The translations under genes and the position numbers were made by a program. A stretch of 64,000 nt of DNA, from positions 645-64,644 of the forward strand of contig JBBRLY010000012.1 of NCBI GenBank assembly GCA_038231155.1, written 5' to 3'. Numbering within the stretch: position 1 is the stretch's first letter; each line of letters starts with the position of its first letter. This DNA is from Candidatus Saccharimonadales bacterium (GTDB taxonomy: Bacteria; Patescibacteriota; Saccharimonadia; Saccharimonadales; JANWIN01). The notes beneath the pieces were generated by a model. It was given only the letters and a program-made list of their open reading frames with translations, searched no databases and was not told the DNA's origin. Positions 1 to 8,389 of the stretch are shown one piece after another.

Positions 1-174
1 ACCGTTTTGTTTATCAGCAGTGAAAACGTCGTTGCGCAGCTTTATCATAGTTATGTTGTTCTGACGTAGCGCATAGGTTGATATAGCTCCAAAAATAAGA
101 GCAAGTATTAACAAATACCAGGGATTAACTATTTCTAAACGCTTTAATACACTTTTTACTGTTTTTTTAACCAT
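1..174 (-). CDS. partial CDS (first 58 codons; runs off the window start); basic N-terminus plus one predicted TM helix
   Basis: Own translation from ATG at 174-172: MVKKTVKSVLKRLEIVNPWYLLILALIFGAISTYALRQNN... Open to position 1. Absent from the ORF track because it is truncated. Confidence 0.4.
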   Translation of the reverse strand, partial: MVKKTVKSVLKRLEIVNPWYLLILALIFGAISTYALRQNNITMIKLRNDVFTADKQNG

Positions 175-242
175 CTGTTTACGATTATACCCCCTGACAG
201 CCACCTATAGCGATAATAACAGTTAAGCTTTATTCTATATGT

Positions 243-1550
243 ATGCACGTTTTCTTTAGCGGAATTGGCGGTACTGGGATTGGTCCGTTAGCTTTAATAG
301 CCAAACAAGCTGGCTATGAGGTATCAGGTAGCGATAAGCAGGATTCCCAATATGTTGCTTATTTAGGTAAGCGCGGTATCAAAAACATTTATATTGATCA
401 GAGCCGTGAACAAATTATGAAGCTACACGCTAAGCATCCGATAGACTGGTATGTTTACTCTAGTGCTATCGAAAAAGAAAACCCCAAAGCTCCAGAGCTA
501 CATTTTATTCGTCAGCAAGGTATCCGTATGAGTAAGCGCGATGATTTCATTAATCTGATCATGGAAGAAAAACACCTGAAAATGATTGCCGTAGCAGGTA
601 CTCATGGCAAAACCACTACTACCGCCATGATAATATGGCTGCTAAAGAAACTGAAAGAACCACTTAGTTACTCAGTTGGTGCCAAAATTAGTTTTGGCGA
701 CATGGGCCAGTACCAACCTAAAAGTGAATATTTTGTTTATGAAGCTGATGAATTTGATCGTAATTTTTTAGCCTTTGAACCCTTTATAAGCGTTATTACT
801 GGTGTTAGCTGGGATCATCATGAAATATATCCCATCCGCGAGGATTACCAGCAAGCTTTTAAAGAATTTATTTCTCAAAGCAAGTGGACCATAATTTGGC
901 AAGAAGATTTGGATTACTTAAATATAAATCCTGGTAATAGCTTAGCCGTTCAAGATACAGACAATAAAAAAATTCAAAAGATTGGCTTACCTGGACTTTA
1001 TAACCGCTTAGACGGATGGCTGGCTATTCAGGCTGTGCATGAGATTACTAACCGACCGGTAGATGAACTAATGGATATTCTCAACAAGTTCCCTGGCCTA
1101 CAGCGCCGTATGGAAGAAATAGCACCTGGTTTATATAGTGACTATGCTCATACTCCAGATAAGATCCGCGGTGCCATGAGCGTAGCATTGGAAATGGCCG
1201 CTAAGAAAAATCAACCAGTTGTTATAGTCTATGAGCCACTGACTAATCGGCGCCAACACTATATGATTGATGACTATCGGGACTGCTTTGCTGGTGCTAA
1301 ACAAGTCTATTGGATACCAAGTTATTTGGCACGCGAGGACCCCAACCAAAGGATTATCTCACCCTCTGAACTAATTAGTCATTTAGTTAATCCTCTTATT
1401 GCCGAAGCCCGTGAGCGTGACGAAAGCTTAGAAGATGCAATTTCAGGGCACCTTAAAAATGGAGATATGGTGGTCTGTATGGCTGGAGGCGGTGGTGACA
1501 GTTTAGACGAGTGGATTAGAGCTAAGTTTGTTAAAAATCATAGTCGTTAA
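243..1550 (+). CDS. Mur ligase family protein (MurC/Mpl-like)
   Basis: 435 aa. N-terminal GIGGTGIGPLA Rossmann-like motif and Mur-ligase P-loop AVAGTHGKTTTTAMI. MurC and Mpl cannot be told apart by eye. Confidence 0.8.
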   Translation: MHVFFSGIGGTGIGPLALIAKQAGYEVSGSDKQDSQYVAYLGKRGIKNIYIDQSREQIMKLHAKHPIDWYVYSSAIEKENPKAPELHFIRQQGIRMSKRDDFINLIMEEKHLKMIAVAGTHGKTTTTAMIIWLLKKLKEPLSYSVGAKISFGDMGQYQPKSEYFVYEADEFDRNFLAFEPFISVITGVSWDHHEIYPIREDYQQAFKEFISQSKWTIIWQEDLDYLNINPGNSLAVQDTDNKKIQKIGLPGLYNRLDGWLAIQAVHEITNRPVDELMDILNKFPGLQRRMEEIAPGLYSDYAHTPDKIRGAMSVALEMAAKKNQPVVIVYEPLTNRRQHYMIDDYRDCFAGAKQVYWIPSYLAREDPNQRIISPSELISHLVNPLIAEARERDESLEDAISGHLKNGDMVVCMAGGGGDSLDEWIRAKFVKNHSR

Positions 1551-1571
1551 ACAACAATTTTTAAAGTAAAT

Positions 1572-1913
1572 TTATCGATTATCACCTTTGCTTTTTATAA
1601 CTCCACGTTTTTTACGGTCAAATAATTTAGTAATATTGCCTTCGGCAACATCTTGCAATGAAATGCCGAGATAGTAAGCTATGGCGTTTAAATACCATAA
1701 AATATCACCAAGTTCTTTGGCTATTTCTTTTTTATCGGATGGATTTACTACACTATTTTCATTACGCTGAAGTTTTTTGATCTTTTCAGCAACTTCGCCT
1801 GTTTCACCGGCCAACCCGAGCATTTTATTCATAAAAGCTAGGCTATCTATGCCACCCTTACCGCCATAAACATCGGTAGTTATGGCCTGTTTTTGATAAT
1901 CATCAAAATTCAT
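1572..1913 (-). CDS. MazG-type nucleotide pyrophosphohydrolase (small all-alpha type)
   Basis: 113 aa. LAGETGEVAEK and ELGDILWYL acidic helices are typical of the MazG/YpjD family. 4-nt overlap with the upstream gene. Confidence 0.75.
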   Translation of the reverse strand: MNFDDYQKQAITTDVYGGKGGIDSLAFMNKMLGLAGETGEVAEKIKKLQRNENSVVNPSDKKEIAKELGDILWYLNAIAYYLGISLQDVAEGNITKLFDRKKRGVIKSKGDNR

Positions 1914-2509
1914 CTGGATATTACCTTGTTATTTTTTACCACTACCGCTCCTTCACGTAAAACTTCAATCTCATCATCTACAATTCGAATAACAGTAGAG
2001 GGCAAACGTTTGCTTAGGTTGCCGTTATCTACATAAAAATCTACTTTATCTCCAAAATATATAGCGGCCTGTTCTATTATAGCTGCCGGATCTTTGCGCA
2101 GTGGGTTGGCACTAGTAGTCAAAAGAGCACCAGTATGGCTAAGTAGTGTCTGCAACTTGGAGTCTTTTGGCAGTCTAACAGCCAAACCAGTTACATTTTG
2201 TCTTAAATAAGCTGTAGACGCATCAGTGTTTGGTATAACAATACTGATCGGCCCAGGCCAAAGTTGTTCTACGGCTTTAACATAGGCTCGCTTAATACCA
2301 AGTGAAACTAATTGATCAAGATTCCCGGCAATGATAGTACCTGGTTTTTGACGTCGCCCTTTAAGTCCATACAGCCGCTTAACCGCTTGCTTGTTAGTAG
2401 CCTGGCAGACTATACCATAAACCGTATCTGTTGGTATTATCCCAACAGCACCATTTTTAATTAAATCTATAAGCTTTTTGTCCGCTAATGTTTCAAAAAT
2501 GGCTGCCAT
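1910..2509 (-). CDS. tsaC: L-threonylcarbamoyladenylate synthase (YrdC/Sua5 domain, TsaC type)
   Basis: 199 aa. IPTDTVYGIVCQA and LLTTSANP motifs of the YrdC domain. Confidence 0.8.
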   Translation of the reverse strand: MAAIFETLADKKLIDLIKNGAVGIIPTDTVYGIVCQATNKQAVKRLYGLKGRRQKPGTIIAGNLDQLVSLGIKRAYVKAVEQLWPGPISIVIPNTDASTAYLRQNVTGLAVRLPKDSKLQTLLSHTGALLTTSANPLRKDPAAIIEQAAIYFGDKVDFYVDNGNLSKRLPSTVIRIVDDEIEVLREGAVVVKNNKVISR

Positions 2510-2556
2510 TAATAGTAATTATACTTGTAGCTTTTAAAAGTCAGCTTTATATTTAA

Positions 2557-3093
2557 TTATAAACCAAGCGCTGTATCGCTTAGATCATTGCTATTTATGT
2601 CTTTATTGTTATCTAGTTTAGCGACGGTGCTGTCAATGTTACTTGATGTTGTATCAATGTCTTTAACAGTTGCTGGTGTAATTTTAGGAATTACTGTTTG
2701 ACTGGCGGTAGTTGTTGGAGCATTAGTTTGTAGTTTCTTACCACTTTTAAAGTAAAAATATACTGCTGCACTAATTAACAACAGTCCAATTATGATGATT
2801 AAAATCACTCGGATAGTTTTACTATTGTCTTTTTTAGCTGAAGTTACTGGCGTTGGGGCAGATTCACTTGCTGGTTGCTCAGTTTGAGCTGGGCTATCGC
2901 TACTAGTATCTGGCATTGGATTATCTGCTACTGTGGTTGGTGTTGGGGCAGGCGTTGGAGCTAGTGCTGACTCCTCAGATGACATTGAAATATCGTTTAT
3001 CGGTATCGGTGTAGGTGTACTTGGTGCCGGTGGCTTTACATCCATAACTGGTGTTGGTTTTTGCGATTGTGGTGGAGTGGGATTATCTTCCAT
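2557..3093 (-). CDS. hypothetical single-pass membrane protein with a Pro/Thr/Ser-rich N-terminal region
   Basis: 178 aa. Low-complexity PTPxP region, then TM IRVILIIIIGLLLISAAVYFYF. TAATG coupling with the upstream gene. Confidence 0.6.
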   Translation of the reverse strand: MEDNPTPPQSQKPTPVMDVKPPAPSTPTPIPINDISMSSEESALAPTPAPTPTTVADNPMPDTSSDSPAQTEQPASESAPTPVTSAKKDNSKTIRVILIIIIGLLLISAAVYFYFKSGKKLQTNAPTTTASQTVIPKITPATVKDIDTTSSNIDSTVAKLDNNKDINSNDLSDTALGL

Positions 3094-3767
3094 TATTCGG
3101 CACTTCCACTGGTTGATGATTTACTCTTATCACTAAGTTGAGTACGCAGAGTCTTTAAAGTTGTTTTAATAGTGCCAGTTACATAGCTTCGAATATCGGC
3201 CGCATCAGTAGTCAAAGTTTGATGAGCAGCCCGAGCAGCATCTAATGCAGCTTGGAAAGCTGCTGGGTCCGAAACACAAGCTACACTTTTGATATCGCTC
3301 AGCGCTTGGGTATATTTATCCAGATCAGTTTTATAATTGCTTATTTTAGTATCGAGTACAGTCTTTTGATCTTGTAACTGCGTAGTATCAATCTTTGCAG
3401 CTTTTAACTTAGTTATTATGTCACTGAGGTGTTTACCCAGCTCGGTGTAAGCCTGGGTCCGAACTTTGACCTTATCACTAAACTTAACATTTAAACTGCC
3501 TACCGTGGTTTGTGAAGCTGTGCAACGCAGTTTAATCTTGGATTGCTGGGCTGAAGTCAGGCTAACCTTGAAATCAGTTTTGAATTTAGCGATGCGCTCT
3601 TTAAGTTGGGTCTGGTTTTGGGTAGTATCAGTCTGGCTAGAACCGCTGCTGGAAGAGTCAGTGTTAGTGCTTACAGCCGTACTATCTTCGGCTAAAGCCA
3701 GTGGAGCAGCAACTAATAAAATAGCTATTACAGCTGCACCCAGTAAATATTGTAACTTTTGTTTCAT
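3093..3767 (-). CDS. hypothetical secreted helical protein
   Basis: 224 aa. Signal peptide MKQKLQYLLGAAVIAILLVAAPLALA, a Ser/Thr-rich stretch, then long heptad-like helical sequence. Confidence 0.6.
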   Translation of the reverse strand: MKQKLQYLLGAAVIAILLVAAPLALAEDSTAVSTNTDSSSSGSSQTDTTQNQTQLKERIAKFKTDFKVSLTSAQQSKIKLRCTASQTTVGSLNVKFSDKVKVRTQAYTELGKHLSDIITKLKAAKIDTTQLQDQKTVLDTKISNYKTDLDKYTQALSDIKSVACVSDPAAFQAALDAARAAHQTLTTDAADIRSYVTGTIKTTLKTLRTQLSDKSKSSTSGSAE

Positions 3768-3828
3768 ACGTGCATATACCCTTAGATTTCCTTTGCCATT
3801 TTATCATAAGCTTATAAATGTCGTTTAG

Positions 3829-4065
3829 CTAAGATTTTCGAGCCGCAATCCAGGTCATTACGACTGCTGCTGCCACCCACTCCGGAAAAATCATATACAG
3901 AGCGTCACTAACCGAGTGCTGAGTCCTAACAGCGGCTACCAGAACCGTAAGTAAAAAGATCGTAAATGGAATATAGGTTAACCAGCCTTGCCAGGTTGCC
4001 GGTAAATAGCTACCCCTGACTTTATAAAACCAAGCACCTTTTTTAAGTTTGGCTGACTTTTTCAT
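3829..4065 (-). CDS. hypothetical small membrane protein (2 TM)
   Basis: 78 aa with two hydrophobic helices. ATGA overlap with the upstream 80-aa gene. Confidence 0.5.
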   Translation of the reverse strand: MKKSAKLKKGAWFYKVRGSYLPATWQGWLTYIPFTIFLLTVLVAAVRTQHSVSDALYMIFPEWVAAAVVMTWIAARKS

Positions 4066-4304
4066 ATGCGTTTTTCGATCTTAGCTTTTTGGAATGATAA
4101 TATCGCCCAGATAATTGCCGTACTAGTAGCTGTTAGTAAAGACAACCAAAGATGCAATGTTCCTAGCGTGAAACCAATAATTCCAACTAAAATAGTATTC
4201 ATAATGCAGGTTGATAGAGCTGGTTTGTCATTACCAACAATCGTCGGCCACATGGCCACAATAAAACTTGCTTGGCAAATTGCAATTACCTTATCTTGCC
4301 ACAT
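4062..4304 (-). CDS. hypothetical small membrane protein (3 TM)
   Basis: 80 aa with three hydrophobic segments. Translationally coupled to the 78-aa gene. Confidence 0.5.
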   Translation of the reverse strand: MWQDKVIAICQASFIVAMWPTIVGNDKPALSTCIMNTILVGIIGFTLGTLHLWLSLLTATSTAIIWAILSFQKAKIEKRI

Positions 4305-4403
4305 GCCGCTTATTATACGCTAGCGCATTACCTGTTTAGCTATCATGTCTAGATTAGGTTTATCGTTGGGAGATGCTTTACGAACTATAGATTCGGGTTT
4401 ACT

Positions 4404-6167
4404 TTAGTAAAAGTACCAACGATCAATGCCAGTAGTATTGTAAACATCTTTAATCTTGTGAGATGTACCACCGTTGATGCTAATAACATTATCAGAGGTT
4501 TCCTTAGGAGTATGAATTCTAAAAATAACGACTGAGTCGCTTAACCAACGCACCGGGTAAATTAATCCGTCTTGAGTTTGTAATACTTTATCAGAAGCTG
4601 AAGAATTAGGGTTATAGTTTAATAGCACACCTTTTCCGTCGCGCTGATCGATCCATACACTTTGGCTGTTATCTGAATTATTAATGTAGATACGGGAACT
4701 AGGATTGGGTGGAGTCTCATTTTGCTTAATTGCATTTGAATTACCCAGTTTATACTGATACCAATCGCCACCAACTGCTAAGTCCAATGTATCGTAACTA
4801 TCACGGAAGATGTTATTAACTTCTTGAGCTAGTAATGTACTTTTACCCGAGCCATCGGCATTGGCTTTAAATAATCCAGCAGCATTATCTTTTTGAAATG
4901 CACTACTGGGTGCCCAATAAATACTACTGTTAACCAGTATTACATCATTAAACGAGTTGGCGCTATCGAGTTCGACTTTAGCTTGGGTTTTGTAATCATA
5001 AGATATTAATTTAAAGCGGTTGGGATTAGTGCCACTGGCACCGGCAGCGATTTGGACATACAGCAGCTTAGTACCAACCCAGCCAACAATTTGAATACGT
5101 TCTGATTGAGCTACGGTTGTAGGTGCGCTGCCGTCTAGATTGACAAGAGATAAGGTATCTAGTAAATAACCATCAGCGTTACGAATATTTATCCGGCTCG
5201 ATACCAAGGCGACCAGCTCATCGGCGGGATGTGGCACTAGTTGAATAGCCTCACGTTCAAGGCCGTTACCAACTAAAACTAGCTTTTCATTTTTACCATC
5301 TATATCAATCGAGTAAAGACTATACTTACCGTCACGGTTGGAAATAAAGGCTTCTTTACGTGATGGAACCAAGATAACTGTTTGGCTAGACTTGGAAGAA
5401 GTGTCTAACTGAACCTTTTCAGTGCGGTAGCCATCGGCATTAATATTTACAGTCATGTTGTCCTGGACCTCAGAAGTATCAATGGTCAGTAGTACTTTGC
5501 CTTTAGTATCAGATATGGCATTGGCATCACCACTAGTGGCTTCAGCTTTAGCTATGGGTTGGCCAGTTAGCCAGTCATTTACAATAAAGGCAAACTGAAC
5601 GCCAACTGGCTGAATAGTAAAGTTACCTAACGGATTACTGCCCCAACCTACAGTTAAGGGACGGTTTATGGTGGCAAAGGCTCTTTTTTCGATAACCAAA
5701 GTAGAGTTACCTAATTTAATATGGCTTAGTTTTACTTTGCCGTCAGCCGTAGTGACAGCGCTAGAATTACCTAGTTTTACCTTAACGTTTCTAAGTGGCA
5801 GCTGAGTTGATTCATCTAGTACAGTGAGTGATGCACTGCTTCTAACGCCAACATTATTAAGTACAAAATAACGGCTACTCGGCAGAATTCCTACGCCTAA
5901 AATCGCAAGTATTACAATTATGATAGTTGCCCAGCGGGCTTTGGGATTATGCCACCAAGCCTTCAACAAACGTTTAATTTTAGCCCATTTCGGTTTTAAG
6001 TCATGCAGTTGCTCGCCACTTGGACTTACTACGGCGCCTGGTGTTGCTTTAAAATCCGGTAGTTTATTTGTTTCTTCCGGAGCCGGACCTAACATTTCTT
6101 TAACATGACGTTCGGCCTCCTTTTGCTGGAAGACTTGTTCAGGATCATCTTGTAGTTTTTTAGCCAT
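4404..6167 (-). CDS. membrane-anchored envelope protein: N-terminal TM, Ig-like (carboxypeptidase-regulatory-like) repeats, TolB/PD40-like beta-propeller region
   Basis: 587 aa. TM WATIIIVILAILGVGILP. Repeats such as VKVKLGNSSAVTTADGKVKL. PD40-like SNRDGKYSLYSIDIDGKNEKLVL. Paralog of 8390-10186. Confidence 0.65.
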   Translation of the reverse strand: MAKKLQDDPEQVFQQKEAERHVKEMLGPAPEETNKLPDFKATPGAVVSPSGEQLHDLKPKWAKIKRLLKAWWHNPKARWATIIIVILAILGVGILPSSRYFVLNNVGVRSSASLTVLDESTQLPLRNVKVKLGNSSAVTTADGKVKLSHIKLGNSTLVIEKRAFATINRPLTVGWGSNPLGNFTIQPVGVQFAFIVNDWLTGQPIAKAEATSGDANAISDTKGKVLLTIDTSEVQDNMTVNINADGYRTEKVQLDTSSKSSQTVILVPSRKEAFISNRDGKYSLYSIDIDGKNEKLVLVGNGLEREAIQLVPHPADELVALVSSRINIRNADGYLLDTLSLVNLDGSAPTTVAQSERIQIVGWVGTKLLYVQIAAGASGTNPNRFKLISYDYKTQAKVELDSANSFNDVILVNSSIYWAPSSAFQKDNAAGLFKANADGSGKSTLLAQEVNNIFRDSYDTLDLAVGGDWYQYKLGNSNAIKQNETPPNPSSRIYINNSDNSQSVWIDQRDGKGVLLNYNPNSSASDKVLQTQDGLIYPVRWLSDSVVIFRIHTPKETSDNVISINGGTSHKIKDVYNTTGIDRWYFY

Positions 6168-6212
6168 ATGCTTTATAGAACATAGTTTAGCAGAAAAAAG
6201 GTCGCTAAAGGA

Positions 6213-6554
6213 CTAAGACTTAGGTGTTGGTTGGTCGTTTTTTACGGCCCAAATAACTATTGCTGCAAAAAGTACTAGTATAACTATAAAACCGATAATA
6301 AGTGGTGCGGCTGAGGATGATGTATCAGCCGGTAAATTGGACACAGTACTCGTGCTAGTAGTGCTCAATGGACTAAATTGCTGGCTGCCTACACTGGTAA
6401 TATTTAAACCAGTCTGTGATAAAAACGTAGCAGTTGGGTTCTGTAAATTATTCTGCGAAGGAGCACCTAAGTTTTGGATTGGTATAGTCTGAGGATTCCG
6501 GGTTGCGTTTAAGCTTCCACCGCCAACATTTAACTGTGTTTGCGCGTCATTCAT
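6213..6554 (-). CDS. hypothetical tail-anchored Ser/Thr/Asn/Gln-rich protein
   Basis: 113 aa. Low-complexity N-terminus and C-terminal TM PLIIGFIVILVLFAAIVIWAV. Lies inside the ABC operon. Confidence 0.5.
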   Translation of the reverse strand: MNDAQTQLNVGGGSLNATRNPQTIPIQNLGAPSQNNLQNPTATFLSQTGLNITSVGSQQFSPLSTTSTSTVSNLPADTSSSAAPLIIGFIVILVLFAAIVIWAVKNDQPTPKS

Positions 6555-6567
6555 TTAACTTAGTATA

Positions 6568-7350
6568 TCAGGTACGACGACGGTAGCTATAGACTGATAA
6601 TGGTATAAATATAAGCAATATGCCAGCTGTCCAAAGTAGTATTTTCCAAGTGTCACCGTGACTTGGAATACCAAGTGCAAAATGCCGCGCGCTATTAACT
6701 GCAAATGTAATCGGTTGATTGTTAGCAAAGTGCTGTAACCAACTGGCCATACTTTTTACTGGTACAAAGGCGGCACTGGCAAAAACTAGCGGAAAGACGA
6801 ATAGAAAACCAGCTAACTGGGCAGTTTCTTCATCCTTGGTAGCCATGCCTAAAAAGGCTGCTACCCAAGAAAAGGCAAAGCCAAACAACAGTAAGATTGC
6901 GACCATGGCTAGACCACCCAAAAATCCGTTGGTAAACCGGAAACCTAAGACATACCCATATATCAGCATGATGACAATAACTACAGCGTTACGGAACATA
7001 TCGGCTAGAGTTCTCCCAGCTAAAACTGCTGCTCTACTCATCGGTAAGCTGCGAAAGCGATCAATCATACCACTGTTTAAATCTCTAGCCAGTCCAATGC
7101 CAGTCTGCAGTCCACCAAACAAAGTTACCTGAGTCATAATTCCAGGTAGTAAATAATTAATATACTTACCGTGTACAGCGGCACCGCTACTACCTAAAGC
7201 TCCGCCAAAGACATAGTTAAATAAAGTCAAAAAGATTATCGGCTGAATCGAGCTGAAAAATACTAGTTGAGGTAAACGAATGTAACGCAATAAATTACGT
7301 TTGGCAATTGCCCAAGTATCGCTAAGTTGATAATAAATGCTACTGAGCAT
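6568..7350 (-). CDS. ABC-2 type exporter permease
   Basis: Six-TM ABC-2 pattern. The track ORF extends to 7395. I prefer the ATG at 7350 (MLSSIYYQL...), which gives an 11-nt overlap with the ATPase stop. Confidence 0.8.
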   Translation of the reverse strand: MLSSIYYQLSDTWAIAKRNLLRYIRLPQLVFFSSIQPIIFLTLFNYVFGGALGSSGAAVHGKYINYLLPGIMTQVTLFGGLQTGIGLARDLNSGMIDRFRSLPMSRAAVLAGRTLADMFRNAVVIVIMLIYGYVLGFRFTNGFLGGLAMVAILLLFGFAFSWVAAFLGMATKDEETAQLAGFLFVFPLVFASAAFVPVKSMASWLQHFANNQPITFAVNSARHFALGIPSHGDTWKILLWTAGILLIFIPLSVYSYRRRT

Positions 7351-8344
7351 TGCCTCGACCTTTCTTTTTAGGTCTGCCTGAGACCGAAGCCACATCAGAA
7401 GCTTTTTTGCCAGTTAAGGTCAGAAATACATCGTCAAGTGATGGCTCGTGAAGTGATAATGCATGAGGTGAAATTTTGGCTTTATCGAGTGCCCGTACAA
7501 TTTCTACTAAACTTTTAGAGCCTTCTTGGCCTACCGGTACACTAATACGACGACTGTCTTCATCAAATAAGATTTTGCCTTTAGCAATATTCTTAACCGC
7601 AGCTAAGGCCCTATCCTTATGTTTTATATCTGTTAATTCGAAACCAATAACGTCACCACCAAGTTTGGCTTTTAATTCACGGCTGGTACCTTGAGCAATT
7701 AATTTGCCGCGGTCAATGACTGCAATTTTGTCAGCTAGTTCATCAGCTTCTTCCAAATATTGAGTTGTTAATAAAATGCTAGTACCGTCCTTAACCAGCT
7801 GACGAATAATTCCCCACAGATCAAGTCGGGTACTAGGATCCAGCCCAGTCGTTGGTTCATCTAGAAAAAGTATTTTTGGGCGACCAACCAAACTTGCTCC
7901 CAGATCTAGGCGGCGGCGCATGCCACCAGAATAAGTTTTAGCCAAACGTTTCGCGGCATCAGTTAAATTAAGTTCATCTAAAATGGTTTTTGTGCGAGAT
8001 TTAGCTTCCCGAGCGCTTAAATGGTAAAGTCGGCCAACCATATAAAGATTTTCTTGGCCGGTTAAGTATTCATCTACAGCTGCAAATTGTCCAGCCAGAC
8101 CAATTAGCTTACGAACTTTTTCTGGATTTTTAACTACGTCCACACCTAAAACTTCTAAACTACCCTTTGTTGGCTGCGATAAAGTACTAAGCATGTTTAT
8201 GAGTGTAGTTTTTCCAGCACCATTGGGGCCTAGCAGCCCAAATATTTTACCGGGTTCGGCTTTAAGAGTTACACCATCAAGAGCTTTAACATCACCAAAG
8301 TACTTAGCTACATTCTTGACTTCAAAAGCTGCCTCATTACGCAT
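7340..8344 (-). CDS. ABC transporter ATP-binding protein (DrrA-like)
   Basis: 334 aa. Walker A GPNGAGKTT, signature YSGGMRRR, Walker B ILFLDEPTTGLD, plus a C-terminal extension. Confidence 0.9.
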   Translation of the reverse strand: MRNEAAFEVKNVAKYFGDVKALDGVTLKAEPGKIFGLLGPNGAGKTTLINMLSTLSQPTKGSLEVLGVDVVKNPEKVRKLIGLAGQFAAVDEYLTGQENLYMVGRLYHLSAREAKSRTKTILDELNLTDAAKRLAKTYSGGMRRRLDLGASLVGRPKILFLDEPTTGLDPSTRLDLWGIIRQLVKDGTSILLTTQYLEEADELADKIAVIDRGKLIAQGTSRELKAKLGGDVIGFELTDIKHKDRALAAVKNIAKGKILFDEDSRRISVPVGQEGSKSLVEIVRALDKAKISPHALSLHEPSLDDVFLTLTGKKASDVASVSGRPKKKGRGNAQ

Positions 8345-8389
8345 ATTAATTTTACTTTAGCGCACAAAGCTTAACATGTAAAGTGTTAT

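Noticed and set aside
4062-4304. SemiSWEET-like sugar transporter idea for the 80-aa 3-TM protein.
   Set aside because: The size and 3-TM layout fit, but the PQ-loop motif is absent (WPTIV instead of PQ) and so is the W..YG pattern in TM2-3.
6213-6554. Possible sortase (LPXTG-like) sorting signal: NLPADTSSSAAP followed by a TM and a charged tail in the 113-aa protein.
   Set aside because: The motif is LPADT, with Thr in the wrong position and no Gly. The protein has no N-terminal signal peptide. A tail-anchored protein is the simpler reading.
6719-7132. 137-aa plus-strand ORF inside the ABC-2 permease gene.
   Set aside because: It is antisense to a clear six-TM ABC-2 permease. The sequence is Lys/Pro/Ala-rich and has no motifs.
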